Positions 20,627 to 30,228 of a stretch of DNA of 41,348 nt are shown piece by piece. The translations under genes and the position numbers were made by a program. This DNA is from a virus: the IMG/VR virus record IMGVR_UViG_2622736425_000001; one strand, 5' to 3'. Numbering within the stretch: position 1 is the stretch's first letter; each line of letters opens with the position of its first letter. The notes beneath the pieces were generated by a model, which was given only the letters and a program-made list of their open reading frames with translations, did not search any database and had not been told where the DNA came from.

Positions 20627-22303
20627 ATGAAGTTCATAAATATTGATGTAGGTGGAGATGATTTTATGTTGGGTATAAAAGAATTTTTAAAGCCTTCAGT
20701 TTTAGGATACTATAAACGTTGTGAAGTTACTCAAATTTCTTTTTACAAAGATAATCATGAAGAGGAATCTAATTTATTAACTTTATTTATTTTTGATGAA
20801 GAAAATTTTCAAGGTAGGAATGAAATTTTTTTGACTGGCAAGAAGAATAAAATAAATTCTAAGTATAAATTATGTATTAAAAGATTTTATTTATCTATTG
20901 AAGAAAGTATTGAACTTTTCAATTGTTTAAATCAGGGTGTTTCAAAAACAAGTTCATTAAAGAAATATATTTTTAATGATAATCCTTTAAAATTATTGCC
21001 TCAGCAATTCATCACAACAAATGAAGACATTAGATTTAATAAGATACTTAAAAATAATTTCCATAGTGGTTCTTATATATTTGAGTTTTTTGATGAAGAA
21101 AAAGATTTTGAATTATTATTTGGTTTAAATAAATCGGGAAGGTTAAAAAAGATTTCAAAGATGATTGGGGAAGTTGTTCCAATTGATTTGTTGTCTTGTA
21201 CTGATTGTTTGGGAAATTATATTTTTCAATTACCAATAACTATTTTAAATGTTCACACAAATAAGAATAAGAATATACTTGGTATTGATTTTTATTGGCA
21301 TAATAATTTAATTAATGAAGTTAAACCTAATTGTTTGATTAATATATATTCAAAAGTTGATAATAATTATCTATTTGATATTTTTGAGGAATATAATAAA
21401 GAAAATCATCAAAAAATTAACATATTGCCTTCTGGAAAAAATTATGTTTTAAAAATATGGAATAATGATTTAAAAATATTGCTATATGAAATGAATAGTA
21501 AATATTTTGAAAAATTCAGAGTTTCATTGAGTATGAGTGAGTGTGAAAGAAAATTTATTGAGGATAATGGAGAATCTGAAGTAACTATCATGTCAAACCC
21601 TAAATTAAGTGATGATATTAGTTATTTAAATTATAGAAATGATGCAATGTATAAAAAGAATTTAAAAGAACTGGAAGATAATCTTAAATTTAACACATAT
21701 ATGCAAAATGAGAACGCATTAGAAGATATAAAAACATTAATTAATGAATATGGTAAAAATGGTGTGAATATAATTGATCCTTATTTGGAACCGAATGATT
21801 TAATAAGAACAGTAGTCCATTTGAAATTCTATGATGCGCCAATAAAAGCAATTACTTCTTTAAAAAATTCATTTAATGAATTATTGATAATGAAAGAAAT
21901 GTTAGAGCAACTTCCAAATCAAAATATAGTTCAAAATTTTAAAAATGTTTTAAATGAAAAAATAGAAAAAGAAAAAAAATCTAATCTTGAATGTATTGAA
22001 GATTATAAAAAGGAGTTGGATGAGAAAATTATTAATTCATGTGGATTAAATTTAGTATTTAGGGCTCAATTTGATAGATATGGTCAACCATTTCATGATA
22101 GATTTTTAATTTTTCCTGGAGATGATGAAAAATTACTTGAACCCATAGTATTTTCATTAGGAACTTCATTAAATGCTTTTGGTAAACATTTCCATATATT
22201 GCAAGAGGTTTCACATCCGCAACATGTGGCTGATGTTTTTGATAAGTTATGGGGGATATTAGAACAAAAAGAGGAGTGTCTGATTTGGAATTCAAAGGAA
22301 TAA
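20627..22303 (+). CDS. VPA1262-like protein with a C-terminal PLD-like nuclease domain
   Basis: C-terminal IIDPY...FHDRFLIF...SLGTSLN matches the HDR/GxSxN PLD-variant pattern. The family name comes from recall only. Confidence 0.5.
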   Translation: MKFINIDVGGDDFMLGIKEFLKPSVLGYYKRCEVTQISFYKDNHEEESNLLTLFIFDEENFQGRNEIFLTGKKNKINSKYKLCIKRFYLSIEESIELFNCLNQGVSKTSSLKKYIFNDNPLKLLPQQFITTNEDIRFNKILKNNFHSGSYIFEFFDEEKDFELLFGLNKSGRLKKISKMIGEVVPIDLLSCTDCLGNYIFQLPITILNVHTNKNKNILGIDFYWHNNLINEVKPNCLINIYSKVDNNYLFDIFEEYNKENHQKINILPSGKNYVLKIWNNDLKILLYEMNSKYFEKFRVSLSMSECERKFIEDNGESEVTIMSNPKLSDDISYLNYRNDAMYKKNLKELEDNLKFNTYMQNENALEDIKTLINEYGKNGVNIIDPYLEPNDLIRTVVHLKFYDAPIKAITSLKNSFNELLIMKEMLEQLPNQNIVQNFKNVLNEKIEKEKKSNLECIEDYKKELDEKIINSCGLNLVFRAQFDRYGQPFHDRFLIFPGDDEKLLEPIVFSLGTSLNAFGKHFHILQEVSHPQHVADVFDKLWGILEQKEECLIWNSKE

Positions 22304-23769
22304 TTGATAATTTTGATGAATTTAATATGATTTTGGTTAATGAAGAATTAATATTATTATTTGAAAGTTTGCATGACTTTTCCTTTGATGAATTAATGTA
22401 TTTTGAAGACCCATTACATTATGAAAATATTGGTGTTCAAAAAATCATGTCTCAAATTGATGAGATTATATCTGTTTTATTTTATAATATTGATATTAAA
22501 ACAACTGATGATGTCATAAGTATTGTAAAAAGTGATATTTTATTATTTAAAAGAGCTATGGATCAAATTGATTTGAAATATTTTATTTTTTTCTCGTATC
22601 TAAATTCTTATTTGAATGTTGATGTTGATTATTTGATAAATCATTTTAACTATGAACTAAATATGATTAAGATGGAAGAAAAAATTAATGAGTTATTTAA
22701 TCAAATTCAAGTTTTTCCTAAACCTAATGATAATAACTTATCACCACTTTTAAAAAATGTTTTATTTAAGTCCTTGAAAAAAGATGACATTATGCATTCA
22801 TCATTAAAGTTATTAAATATTAGTAAAGATCCATTCATTTTTTATAATTTTAAAATTTATTGTCCAAAATTATTAACTAGTATGCTGATACTTATTAAAA
22901 AAATAAATTATGATTTCTTTTTAAGAAATATGTTTGATGTAAATAATTTAATCATGGCAGTACTTTTTTGTAAAGAATTAGATATATCTGAAATATTAGA
23001 GTGTTATTATGAAAACGATATTTCTAATATTGATTTATTATTCACATTTTTGAAAAAAAGTATAGATTCTAATGAATTAATAGATGATAATATTGTGTTT
23101 ATTAAGGATATTCTACTTGATATTTTGGAGTTAAATGAAAATTTATTTAGAAAAATTATCAGATTATTCAAACATAAAAAGTTATTTAATAGATCAATTG
23201 GTTTATTATTGTCTGGAATTAATAAATGGGAAGTTGAATTAATTGTTAATGAATTTGACTTAAATTTTGGAGCAAATAATCATCTAATTAATCTTAGGGA
23301 AAATATTTTAATAAACCTCGATAAAAAATCGGATAATTTTAAATTAGTTTTAAAATTAGTTTATAAAAATTGGGATTTGAATTTAAATTCTTTGATTGAT
23401 GATGATGAGAATGGATGGGATTTATTATGCAGTGATTTTAATTCATTTATTTTAGAATATTATAATCAATTTTATGATGATGATATGTTGGTTGAAGAAA
23501 TGAAATTGAATTTTAATTTTCTTGAAAAAATTAATTCAACATGGTCATCTAATTTTACAAATTATAAAAATAGGATACATGTTTATTATACGAAATTATA
23601 TTTGTTAAGTTCAATTTATAAAAAAAGGAATATTAATAATATAGAGATATTGGGATGCTATGAGAATTTCTTTAAAAATAAGTATTTAATTGAAGTTTTG
23701 TTAAGAGATAAAGCGAAAAAATCGATTATTGATTTTAAAAAAGATTATAATATGATGAAAATTCAGTAA
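22249..23769 (+). CDS. Large alpha-helical hypothetical protein, overlapping the PLD-like gene
   Basis: 506-aa ORF overlapping the previous stop. Very AT-rich. Confidence 0.7.
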   Translation: MGDIRTKRGVSDLEFKGIIDNFDEFNMILVNEELILLFESLHDFSFDELMYFEDPLHYENIGVQKIMSQIDEIISVLFYNIDIKTTDDVISIVKSDILLFKRAMDQIDLKYFIFFSYLNSYLNVDVDYLINHFNYELNMIKMEEKINELFNQIQVFPKPNDNNLSPLLKNVLFKSLKKDDIMHSSLKLLNISKDPFIFYNFKIYCPKLLTSMLILIKKINYDFFLRNMFDVNNLIMAVLFCKELDISEILECYYENDISNIDLLFTFLKKSIDSNELIDDNIVFIKDILLDILELNENLFRKIIRLFKHKKLFNRSIGLLLSGINKWEVELIVNEFDLNFGANNHLINLRENILINLDKKSDNFKLVLKLVYKNWDLNLNSLIDDDENGWDLLCSDFNSFILEYYNQFYDDDMLVEEMKLNFNFLEKINSTWSSNFTNYKNRIHVYYTKLYLLSSIYKKRNINNIEILGCYENFFKNKYLIEVLLRDKAKKSIIDFKKDYNMMKIQ

Positions 23770-23794
23770 TTAATATTTTTTAAGGGAGTATATT

Positions 23795-25282
23795 ATGTTT
23801 AAAGAGGGCATTAATACAATTATAATTGAAAGTTATGATGAACTGGCATGTATTATAAAAGGAAAACATGAAAAGAATAAAATGGACCTTCGTGAAGATT
23901 TTATATTTTGGGGATTATCAAACATCGAATATGAATTAATTCCTTCTGCTTTAAGAAGAAATAAGTTAAATCAACTTGAAATTAATGAATTAATTGAATC
24001 TGATCACATATTTAAAGTTTCAATTGATGAAAATGATGCCAAAATGTTTAATTTAGAATATTCTGAATCAATAAATGATGGTGAAGTTATAATTGGAGTA
24101 GATAAATATGGGAATCTGATTCATGATGTGAAATCTGATTATAAAGTTTTAGAATGTGATTTGCAAAGAGAAAGAGAAAATTATCTTCTATTAAAATTTT
24201 TTAATTGTGCAGATAAATCTGGTTTGAAAGTTAAATCAGAAGGATTTTTAAGAGAGTTGATTCATAATTATTCTTCAAAACGATTAGAAGAGTATTGGTT
24301 GGATTTTGATATTTTAGAAACTATATCCTTGGCTCAACATTATGGTTTGCCGACTAAAGCTCTAGATTGGTCTTATGATTATAAAGTTTCATTATATTTT
24401 GCTGTAAAAGATGTAATTGAATCTAATTTGTCTTCTGATGGAGTATTGTGGGCCTTAAATTATAAATTAATTGAAAACCATAATTTTAATGAGGAATATT
24501 ATGTTAATTTACATATTCATAGGCCGGAATATAATACAAATCCTAATTTAAATGCTCAAAAAGGATTATTTACTTTTTTAGAAAGATATGTTGGAGATTA
24601 TGACAAACCATTAAACAAAATAATTTCTGATGAATTAAATAAAACTCTTGACCAAATGCCGTGGGATAATCTTTATGAATCTAAAATTAGGACAATTCCG
24701 GATGATATATCTAAAAATGATACGATTTTCTATAAATTTATTATTCCTAAAGAAATTAAACAAAATATTTTAAATGAATTATATTTGGAGGGTTATTCTG
24801 AAGAATATTTATTTCCCGGATATAAAGGAGTTTGTGAATCAGTAATTAATAGAGTAAAGTTAAATGAGATATTAAAAAATAATGATGAACATATTAAAAA
24901 GAGCATATTATTGTCCGTGGACTGGAATTTAAATGAAATTATAAATAAAAATCAACTTTATGTATTTGTAAACTTGGATTTTAAAGAAGAAATTGATAAA
25001 ATCTTTATTTACCATAATAATGATGTTGTAGGTTATTTTAGAGGAAATGAAATAATTAAAGATTCACTAAATGTGTTATGGGAACAGTTTGGGGAACATT
25101 CAGGTTTATCTGAAGATAAATTTGATGAGTGTTTTAAAGGTAATGATGAATCATTTGCAATTAGAATTAATGATTTAAATATTTTTAAGCATTCAATTAA
25201 ATTGTGTGACTTTGAATTGGAGAATGATTTTTGTTTTGTTGAGGATAATGAAGATTTAAAATTTTTATTGAATTTTAATTAA
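23795..25282 (+). CDS. FRG-domain protein with a C-terminal ASCH/PUA-like domain
   Basis: LAQHYGLPTKALDWS...LYFA and N..AQKGLF are FRG motifs, but the signature reads FWG. The C-terminal VVGYF....I....LW......SG....F...F.G....FAI.I is an ASCH-like pattern. Confidence 0.78.
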   Translation: MFKEGINTIIIESYDELACIIKGKHEKNKMDLREDFIFWGLSNIEYELIPSALRRNKLNQLEINELIESDHIFKVSIDENDAKMFNLEYSESINDGEVIIGVDKYGNLIHDVKSDYKVLECDLQRERENYLLLKFFNCADKSGLKVKSEGFLRELIHNYSSKRLEEYWLDFDILETISLAQHYGLPTKALDWSYDYKVSLYFAVKDVIESNLSSDGVLWALNYKLIENHNFNEEYYVNLHIHRPEYNTNPNLNAQKGLFTFLERYVGDYDKPLNKIISDELNKTLDQMPWDNLYESKIRTIPDDISKNDTIFYKFIIPKEIKQNILNELYLEGYSEEYLFPGYKGVCESVINRVKLNEILKNNDEHIKKSILLSVDWNLNEIINKNQLYVFVNLDFKEEIDKIFIYHNNDVVGYFRGNEIIKDSLNVLWEQFGEHSGLSEDKFDECFKGNDESFAIRINDLNIFKHSIKLCDFELENDFCFVEDNEDLKFLLNFN

Positions 25283-25366
25283 AAAACAATTTAAATTTTT
25301 CTCAGAACTTTTGGGTTGCAATTTTATTACAAAAATATAATAGTTATTATATATAAATAATATAAT

Positions 25367-26185
25367 ATGTCAGATAATAAAAATAATAATATTAGTTGGA
25401 CAAGTTTTTGCCAAGCTATGAATTCCATAGCATACTGGCTACTCCAAAATAAAAAGAAGTATAAGAAACGTGACCATTACCAAATATTAACGTTAAAAGG
25501 TAGTTGTAGCGATATAGAAAAGAAAGCGAAGAAATTAGGAAACGATAAACTAGTATCAATGTATACAATGGCTTTAATCAAAGATAATACATCTTTAGAT
25601 TTCCTTCCAAACTATGTAACATTAAAGAACGGAGAACAAATTGATAAAGCCGAATATGTAGATATGGCCATAAGGACAGAAGCATATATCAGAGCAAATA
25701 AAAGACTTCCGGCTATTGTATATAGAATGTCAACACTTCCAGATTACAAAGATTCCACAATGAAGCTATTTATCAATGTATTCAACTTCAAAGGAAATAC
25801 AATCGATGAAGCATTAGCTATTATATCAAAGATGAAATTATATAGTAAATACTTCGATTCACAAAAAACAGACAAGAAAACAATCAATGATGCTAGTCTG
25901 GGTAAAGGTTCAAATTGTGTAGACTGGGGACAAGTATATTATCGTATAGCGAAATCATTAGGATATGATGTACAATTTGTCCATGTCAAATGCCGTGTAA
26001 GTGGAACTGGCCATATAAAATTAAGATTAAAACATAAAAAACATACTGGAGGAAACTGGATTAACCGTGATCCTGCTGCAGTTGCGGATACCACTTCAGG
26101 AAATGTTAAATCAATCTGGTGTGAAGATGGTTACCTCATAGCATATGATCCTTCCTGGATATTCACAGATTTATATAGCAGTTAA
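25367..26185 (+). CDS. pei: Pseudomurein endoisopeptidase (PeiW/PeiP-like endolysin)
   Basis: PMBR-like LPNYVT...EYVDMA.R...YI..N.RLP..V, plus the transglutaminase-like triad NCVD / GH / DPAA. Confidence 0.85.
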   Translation: MSDNKNNNISWTSFCQAMNSIAYWLLQNKKKYKKRDHYQILTLKGSCSDIEKKAKKLGNDKLVSMYTMALIKDNTSLDFLPNYVTLKNGEQIDKAEYVDMAIRTEAYIRANKRLPAIVYRMSTLPDYKDSTMKLFINVFNFKGNTIDEALAIISKMKLYSKYFDSQKTDKKTINDASLGKGSNCVDWGQVYYRIAKSLGYDVQFVHVKCRVSGTGHIKLRLKHKKHTGGNWINRDPAAVADTTSGNVKSIWCEDGYLIAYDPSWIFTDLYSS

Positions 26186-26238
26186 CGTTAATGTTAACTC
26201 TTTTTCTTTTTTAATAGTCATGTATGATTTTATAACAA

Positions 26239-27027
26239 TTACAAATCTTCTTTTTTATTGTAAACTTTTGATAGGTATTGTCGATATTGACTTACTTTTG
26301 CCGCATTTATTGGTTTATAAATTTCAATAGCTTGTTCACAAACTCGTTGGGCATCATCATATTTCTCTGAATCAAAGTATATTTTAAACAGTTTAGAATA
26401 GGAATTATTACTAATTGTCCTTTCATTTAGATTTATTTCATATAATTTAATAGCTTCATCTTGTTTTCCTTGTTTTAATAAGTCATCCGCTTCTTTATCA
26501 CGTTGTTTATGTTCTTCATTTGCAGAAGGCAATCTTTGAGATTTTGTTTCCTTTTTAATTTTTTTTGCTTTTTCTAAATCTCGTTTAAGACTATTAACAT
26601 GAGATTTATTAGGTATCTTCCTACAGTTTTTAATTCCATGCTTCAATACTCTGATACTATTGTCAATTTCATTTCTATCTTGATATATTGAGGATAGATG
26701 GTAATATGTGAATGGTGTGTCCGTATGAATAAGAATATTTGATTCTAAAACTTCAATTGCTTCATCAATTTTTCCTTCTTTTTCTAATTCTTCAGCTTTT
26801 TCGTTATTTTTATAATAAATATTACTATATTTCATCATTTTTGCGTCTTCCAATCTTCTTTCTAATTCCAATGGGACGATGCCATATTTTTGATTGTATT
26901 TGTCCATATCTCTTTTAACAACTTTAATAGCATTGTCATAATCATTATTAAAAAAATAATTGAAATATTCTGTAGAGTCAGGAATCTCTTTTCTTATTCG
27001 TTTTCTATAATCTTCAAATGCTCCCAT
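26239..27027 (-). CDS. TPR protein
   Basis: Two TPR blocks (A.EL.K.GK.DEAI..YE.N). Confidence 0.75.
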   Translation of the reverse strand: MGAFEDYRKRIRKEIPDSTEYFNYFFNNDYDNAIKVVKRDMDKYNQKYGIVPLELERRLEDAKMMKYSNIYYKNNEKAEELEKEGKIDEAIEVLESNILIHTDTPFTYYHLSSIYQDRNEIDNSIRVLKHGIKNCRKIPNKSHVNSLKRDLEKAKKIKKETKSQRLPSANEEHKQRDKEADDLLKQGKQDEAIKLYEINLNERTISNNSYSKLFKIYFDSEKYDDAQRVCEQAIEIYKPINAAKVSQYRQYLSKVYNKKEDL

Positions 27028-27200
27028 ACTATCACTTAAAATATCATTTATAGCAACTAATTAATAGTTATTTTTATTTTAACTATTCAAATAAATTCAG
27101 TTTATCATCAATATCATGTTGGAAACATAGCACAGGATAATTTTATATAATTAAAATAATAAAATATTATATTAATTATTATATACAGGTTGTAATAGCT

Positions 27201-27398
27201 ATGGCCAATATAAATAATACATCATCCTACATGGATGAAGACAAAAAGCAAATTATCAAAGAGTCCAACTATACCTTTAGAGATGCTCTTGAAGTTTCAT
27301 CTTATCTCATTGAAGTAGGCAAGTTCGAAAGATTCTATAAAGAAATGCAAATCCACGATCTTCAAAAGGAACTTGACGAAATGGATGACGGAGAATAA
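27201..27398 (+). CDS. Small putative DNA-binding (RHH-like) protein
   Basis: DEDKKQIIKESNYTFRDALEV aligns with the next gene. Confidence 0.5.
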   Translation: MANINNTSSYMDEDKKQIIKESNYTFRDALEVSSYLIEVGKFERFYKEMQIHDLQKELDEMDDGE

Positions 27399-27533
27399 CT
27401 TCAAAAAATATATCTCTCGTATATAACTCTTAAAAGAAAACTATTTTTCATAAGCAAAAGTAATATTTATTATTACTTTTATATTTTTTTTATAATAAAA
27501 TATTATATATAAAACATAATAAATATATGTATT

Positions 27534-27782
27534 ATGTTACTTGAAAAAACCAACATCAGCGCAAGAGTGGATATTACACTCAAAAAGATTGTCGAAGATT
27601 CAACCTTCACCCACAAGGACGCATATGAACTGGGAGCAAAACTGATAGCTATGGGAAATGCTGAAGAGACAATTGTACTAATAAACACCAATCCTGATTT
27701 TGAAAGAATCATGAAACAAACTGAATACAGTTTAATCGAAGCAAGGAAACTGGAACTTGAAAGAGAGTTAAGAGTTTTATAG
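27534..27782 (+). CDS. Small putative DNA-binding (RHH-like) protein with a coiled coil
   Basis: ISARVDITLKKIVEDSTFTHKDAYELG has the strand-helix-helix pattern. Confidence 0.55.
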   Translation: MLLEKTNISARVDITLKKIVEDSTFTHKDAYELGAKLIAMGNAEETIVLINTNPDFERIMKQTEYSLIEARKLELERELRVL

Positions 27783-27792
27783 GAGGGAACCT

Positions 27793-28605
27793 ATGGGTCG
27801 AGGAAATTCAGATATCATATATTTTTTAGAACAGCATGAACAGGAAATAATAAACTGCTGCAAGAAGGGAATGAGCAACAATGAAGTCATTGAACTATTA
27901 AAAACAAAATATGGTCGTGATGTAGCAGATATTACTTATAGAAAATTCAAGGCGGGTTTAAATCTAACAAAGAGTGATTTCCTGGAAACATTGTTGGATG
28001 AGATAATGGTCATGAAGACATCTGGTGCAACAGATGCAAATGTCAGGCGATGGCTGGAAGAGGAACATGAAATCGAAGTGAGCAGATCCACATTCTCAAG
28101 ATTCAAAAAGAAATATCACATAACAGATAAAGAAAAAGACCCAAGGGCAAGAGATAAAGATTCATTAACAAATAGGGCAATCACTCAAGGCCAAATTATA
28201 GACAATGAAGTTCACACAGACAATATCGACTTAGCTATTGATACAATACTTCAGCAACAGGTTACTGATATCAAAACGGGTCTTGACAATCTTGACAAGA
28301 TTACCAAAAATGCTGTGGGTATTGAAATTGACTTTGCAAAGCTCGACCAGGAAGTAAGATACAATGCCAACGAAAAAAGTCTGGCAAGATACCTGATTGA
28401 TTTAACAGAATTAAAAATAAGATACTTGGAATTATCAGTTAAAGCATTTGAAGCTAAAAACAGGCTGTTCAAGGATGAAATGGATAGGCTATTTAAAAAT
28501 AGAGTTCTTGAACTGGAAGACAAAAAGATTGAAATCTCACAAAAAGACATCATGAATGAAATAGAAATCCTTGCAAAACAAATTGATGATAACAATGTAC
28601 AATGA
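27793..28605 (+). CDS. Terminase small subunit candidate (tandem HTH + coiled coil)
   Basis: Overlaps the TerL start. Two similar HTH-like units (aa ~10-58 and ~63-110). Confidence 0.6.
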   Translation: MGRGNSDIIYFLEQHEQEIINCCKKGMSNNEVIELLKTKYGRDVADITYRKFKAGLNLTKSDFLETLLDEIMVMKTSGATDANVRRWLEEEHEIEVSRSTFSRFKKKYHITDKEKDPRARDKDSLTNRAITQGQIIDNEVHTDNIDLAIDTILQQQVTDIKTGLDNLDKITKNAVGIEIDFAKLDQEVRYNANEKSLARYLIDLTELKIRYLELSVKAFEAKNRLFKDEMDRLFKNRVLELEDKKIEISQKDIMNEIEILAKQIDDNNVQ

Positions 28606-30004
28606 GAACAACGAATTCTATTTGGATGCTAGGGATAAAGTTATTCTTCAGAAATGTGTGTATGAGAATCCATATATTCCATTCTCTCCATTTCCAAAGC
28701 AGGCCGAAATGATTTTAGCTAGAGAAAAGGAAGTCCTGATTGGTGGTGCTGCAGGAGATTCCAAATCAACAAGTCTTTTGATGAGGGCATTGTTCTATGT
28801 TCAGGATGACATGAATGAATACCATGCCCTCATCCTGAGACGTACATTATCTGACTTGAAGCGTAAAGGAGCTTTAATTCACAAGGCAAGTCAATGGTTA
28901 AATCGAAAGGAAATTCAAAATAATGCAAGTATCAAACCGAAGTGGGATGGAACCGAACACTCATGGACATTTCCCAATGGAAATTCATTAACTTTCGGAT
29001 ATTTACGTAACATTAATGACCTTGATACATATCAGGGTTCCGAATACCAGTTCATAGGAATTGATGAGCTGACACAGTTGGAGAGGTTTAAATATATCTA
29101 TATGAGGTCAAGAGTTCGTAAGACCAAAGACAATAAGCTTCCAACACAACTGATGGCATCAAGCAATCCGGGTAAGCGTGGAAACAAATGGGTGCGTGAA
29201 AGATTCATAGAAAAAATAGACACTGACATTCAGGATAAATCACAAATAAGATTCATTTCATCCAGCTACTTGGACAACATCTATCTAGACAGAAACGACT
29301 ATGAAGAATATCTTATGGGATTAGATAGAGTAACAAGAGAGCAATTAATGAACGGTAACTGGTATGCCTCAGTCAAAGGCCAGTTATTTGATGAATCAGA
29401 CTTCCACATAATCTCTCAAGATGAATGCCTGAAAATACCAATCGTTAGAGTCATCAGATACTGGGATCTTGCAACTACAGAAGTATTGAACGATGACAAA
29501 TTGAGAGGAAGTGATCCGGATTATACTGCTGGTGTTTTATTAGCTAAAGATCTAAACGGTAATATCTACATTTGGGATTCATATGAATTTCAGCTTGAGT
29601 CAAGAAACTTGATCAATGAAATACTGAACACTGCAGCACGTGACAAGTCAGATGTACAGTATATTGAACTCGATGGAAGCACAGGTAAAAACTTCGGATT
29701 ATTAATCATAGATGAGCTTAACAGAAGAGGATTCACTACAGGTACTGGTAACTCAAGAGAAAATAAAGTTGACCGTGCAAGAAGAGTTTCAGCAGATATT
29801 CAGAAGAACGGAATATTTCTGGTTGGGAAGGATAGAACAGGGTTTACGAAAAAATGGGCCATGGAATTTCTGGAAAAAATTACTGCTTATCCAAATGAAG
29901 CCATTCATGATGACTGTGTGGTGGCATTTACTGGAGGATATGAAAAAATAGTTGCAGAAAAACAATCACAAAGAGTTAATGTGGATAAATGGTATTCCAC
30001 ATGA
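28595..30004 (+). CDS. terL: Terminase large subunit (PBSX/Terminase_6-like)
   Basis: Walker A-like GGAAGDSKS, Walker B IGIDE, coupling motif ASSNPG, and nuclease WDLA...DYTAG...HDD. Confidence 0.9.
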   Translation: MYNENNEFYLDARDKVILQKCVYENPYIPFSPFPKQAEMILAREKEVLIGGAAGDSKSTSLLMRALFYVQDDMNEYHALILRRTLSDLKRKGALIHKASQWLNRKEIQNNASIKPKWDGTEHSWTFPNGNSLTFGYLRNINDLDTYQGSEYQFIGIDELTQLERFKYIYMRSRVRKTKDNKLPTQLMASSNPGKRGNKWVRERFIEKIDTDIQDKSQIRFISSSYLDNIYLDRNDYEEYLMGLDRVTREQLMNGNWYASVKGQLFDESDFHIISQDECLKIPIVRVIRYWDLATTEVLNDDKLRGSDPDYTAGVLLAKDLNGNIYIWDSYEFQLESRNLINEILNTAARDKSDVQYIELDGSTGKNFGLLIIDELNRRGFTTGTGNSRENKVDRARRVSADIQKNGIFLVGKDRTGFTKKWAMEFLEKITAYPNEAIHDDCVVAFTGGYEKIVAEKQSQRVNVDKWYST

Positions 30005-30228
30005 TAATAGTTTGATTTGAATGTTTTTAATACTAAGATGCATAAGAAAAGTTAGTAAATAATCTTTTGCATGTTGCTATTCAAAAGATACGTCCTAAAA
30101 CTTTATGGTGATATCAATAACCATTAATACTGGAATGAATAAAAACAGTATCAAAAACACTTTTGTGGGCATTATGTGCAGTGAAGATATCTGGGATAGA
30201 TGTTGGCGGAACGGCAATAAAATAAGTC

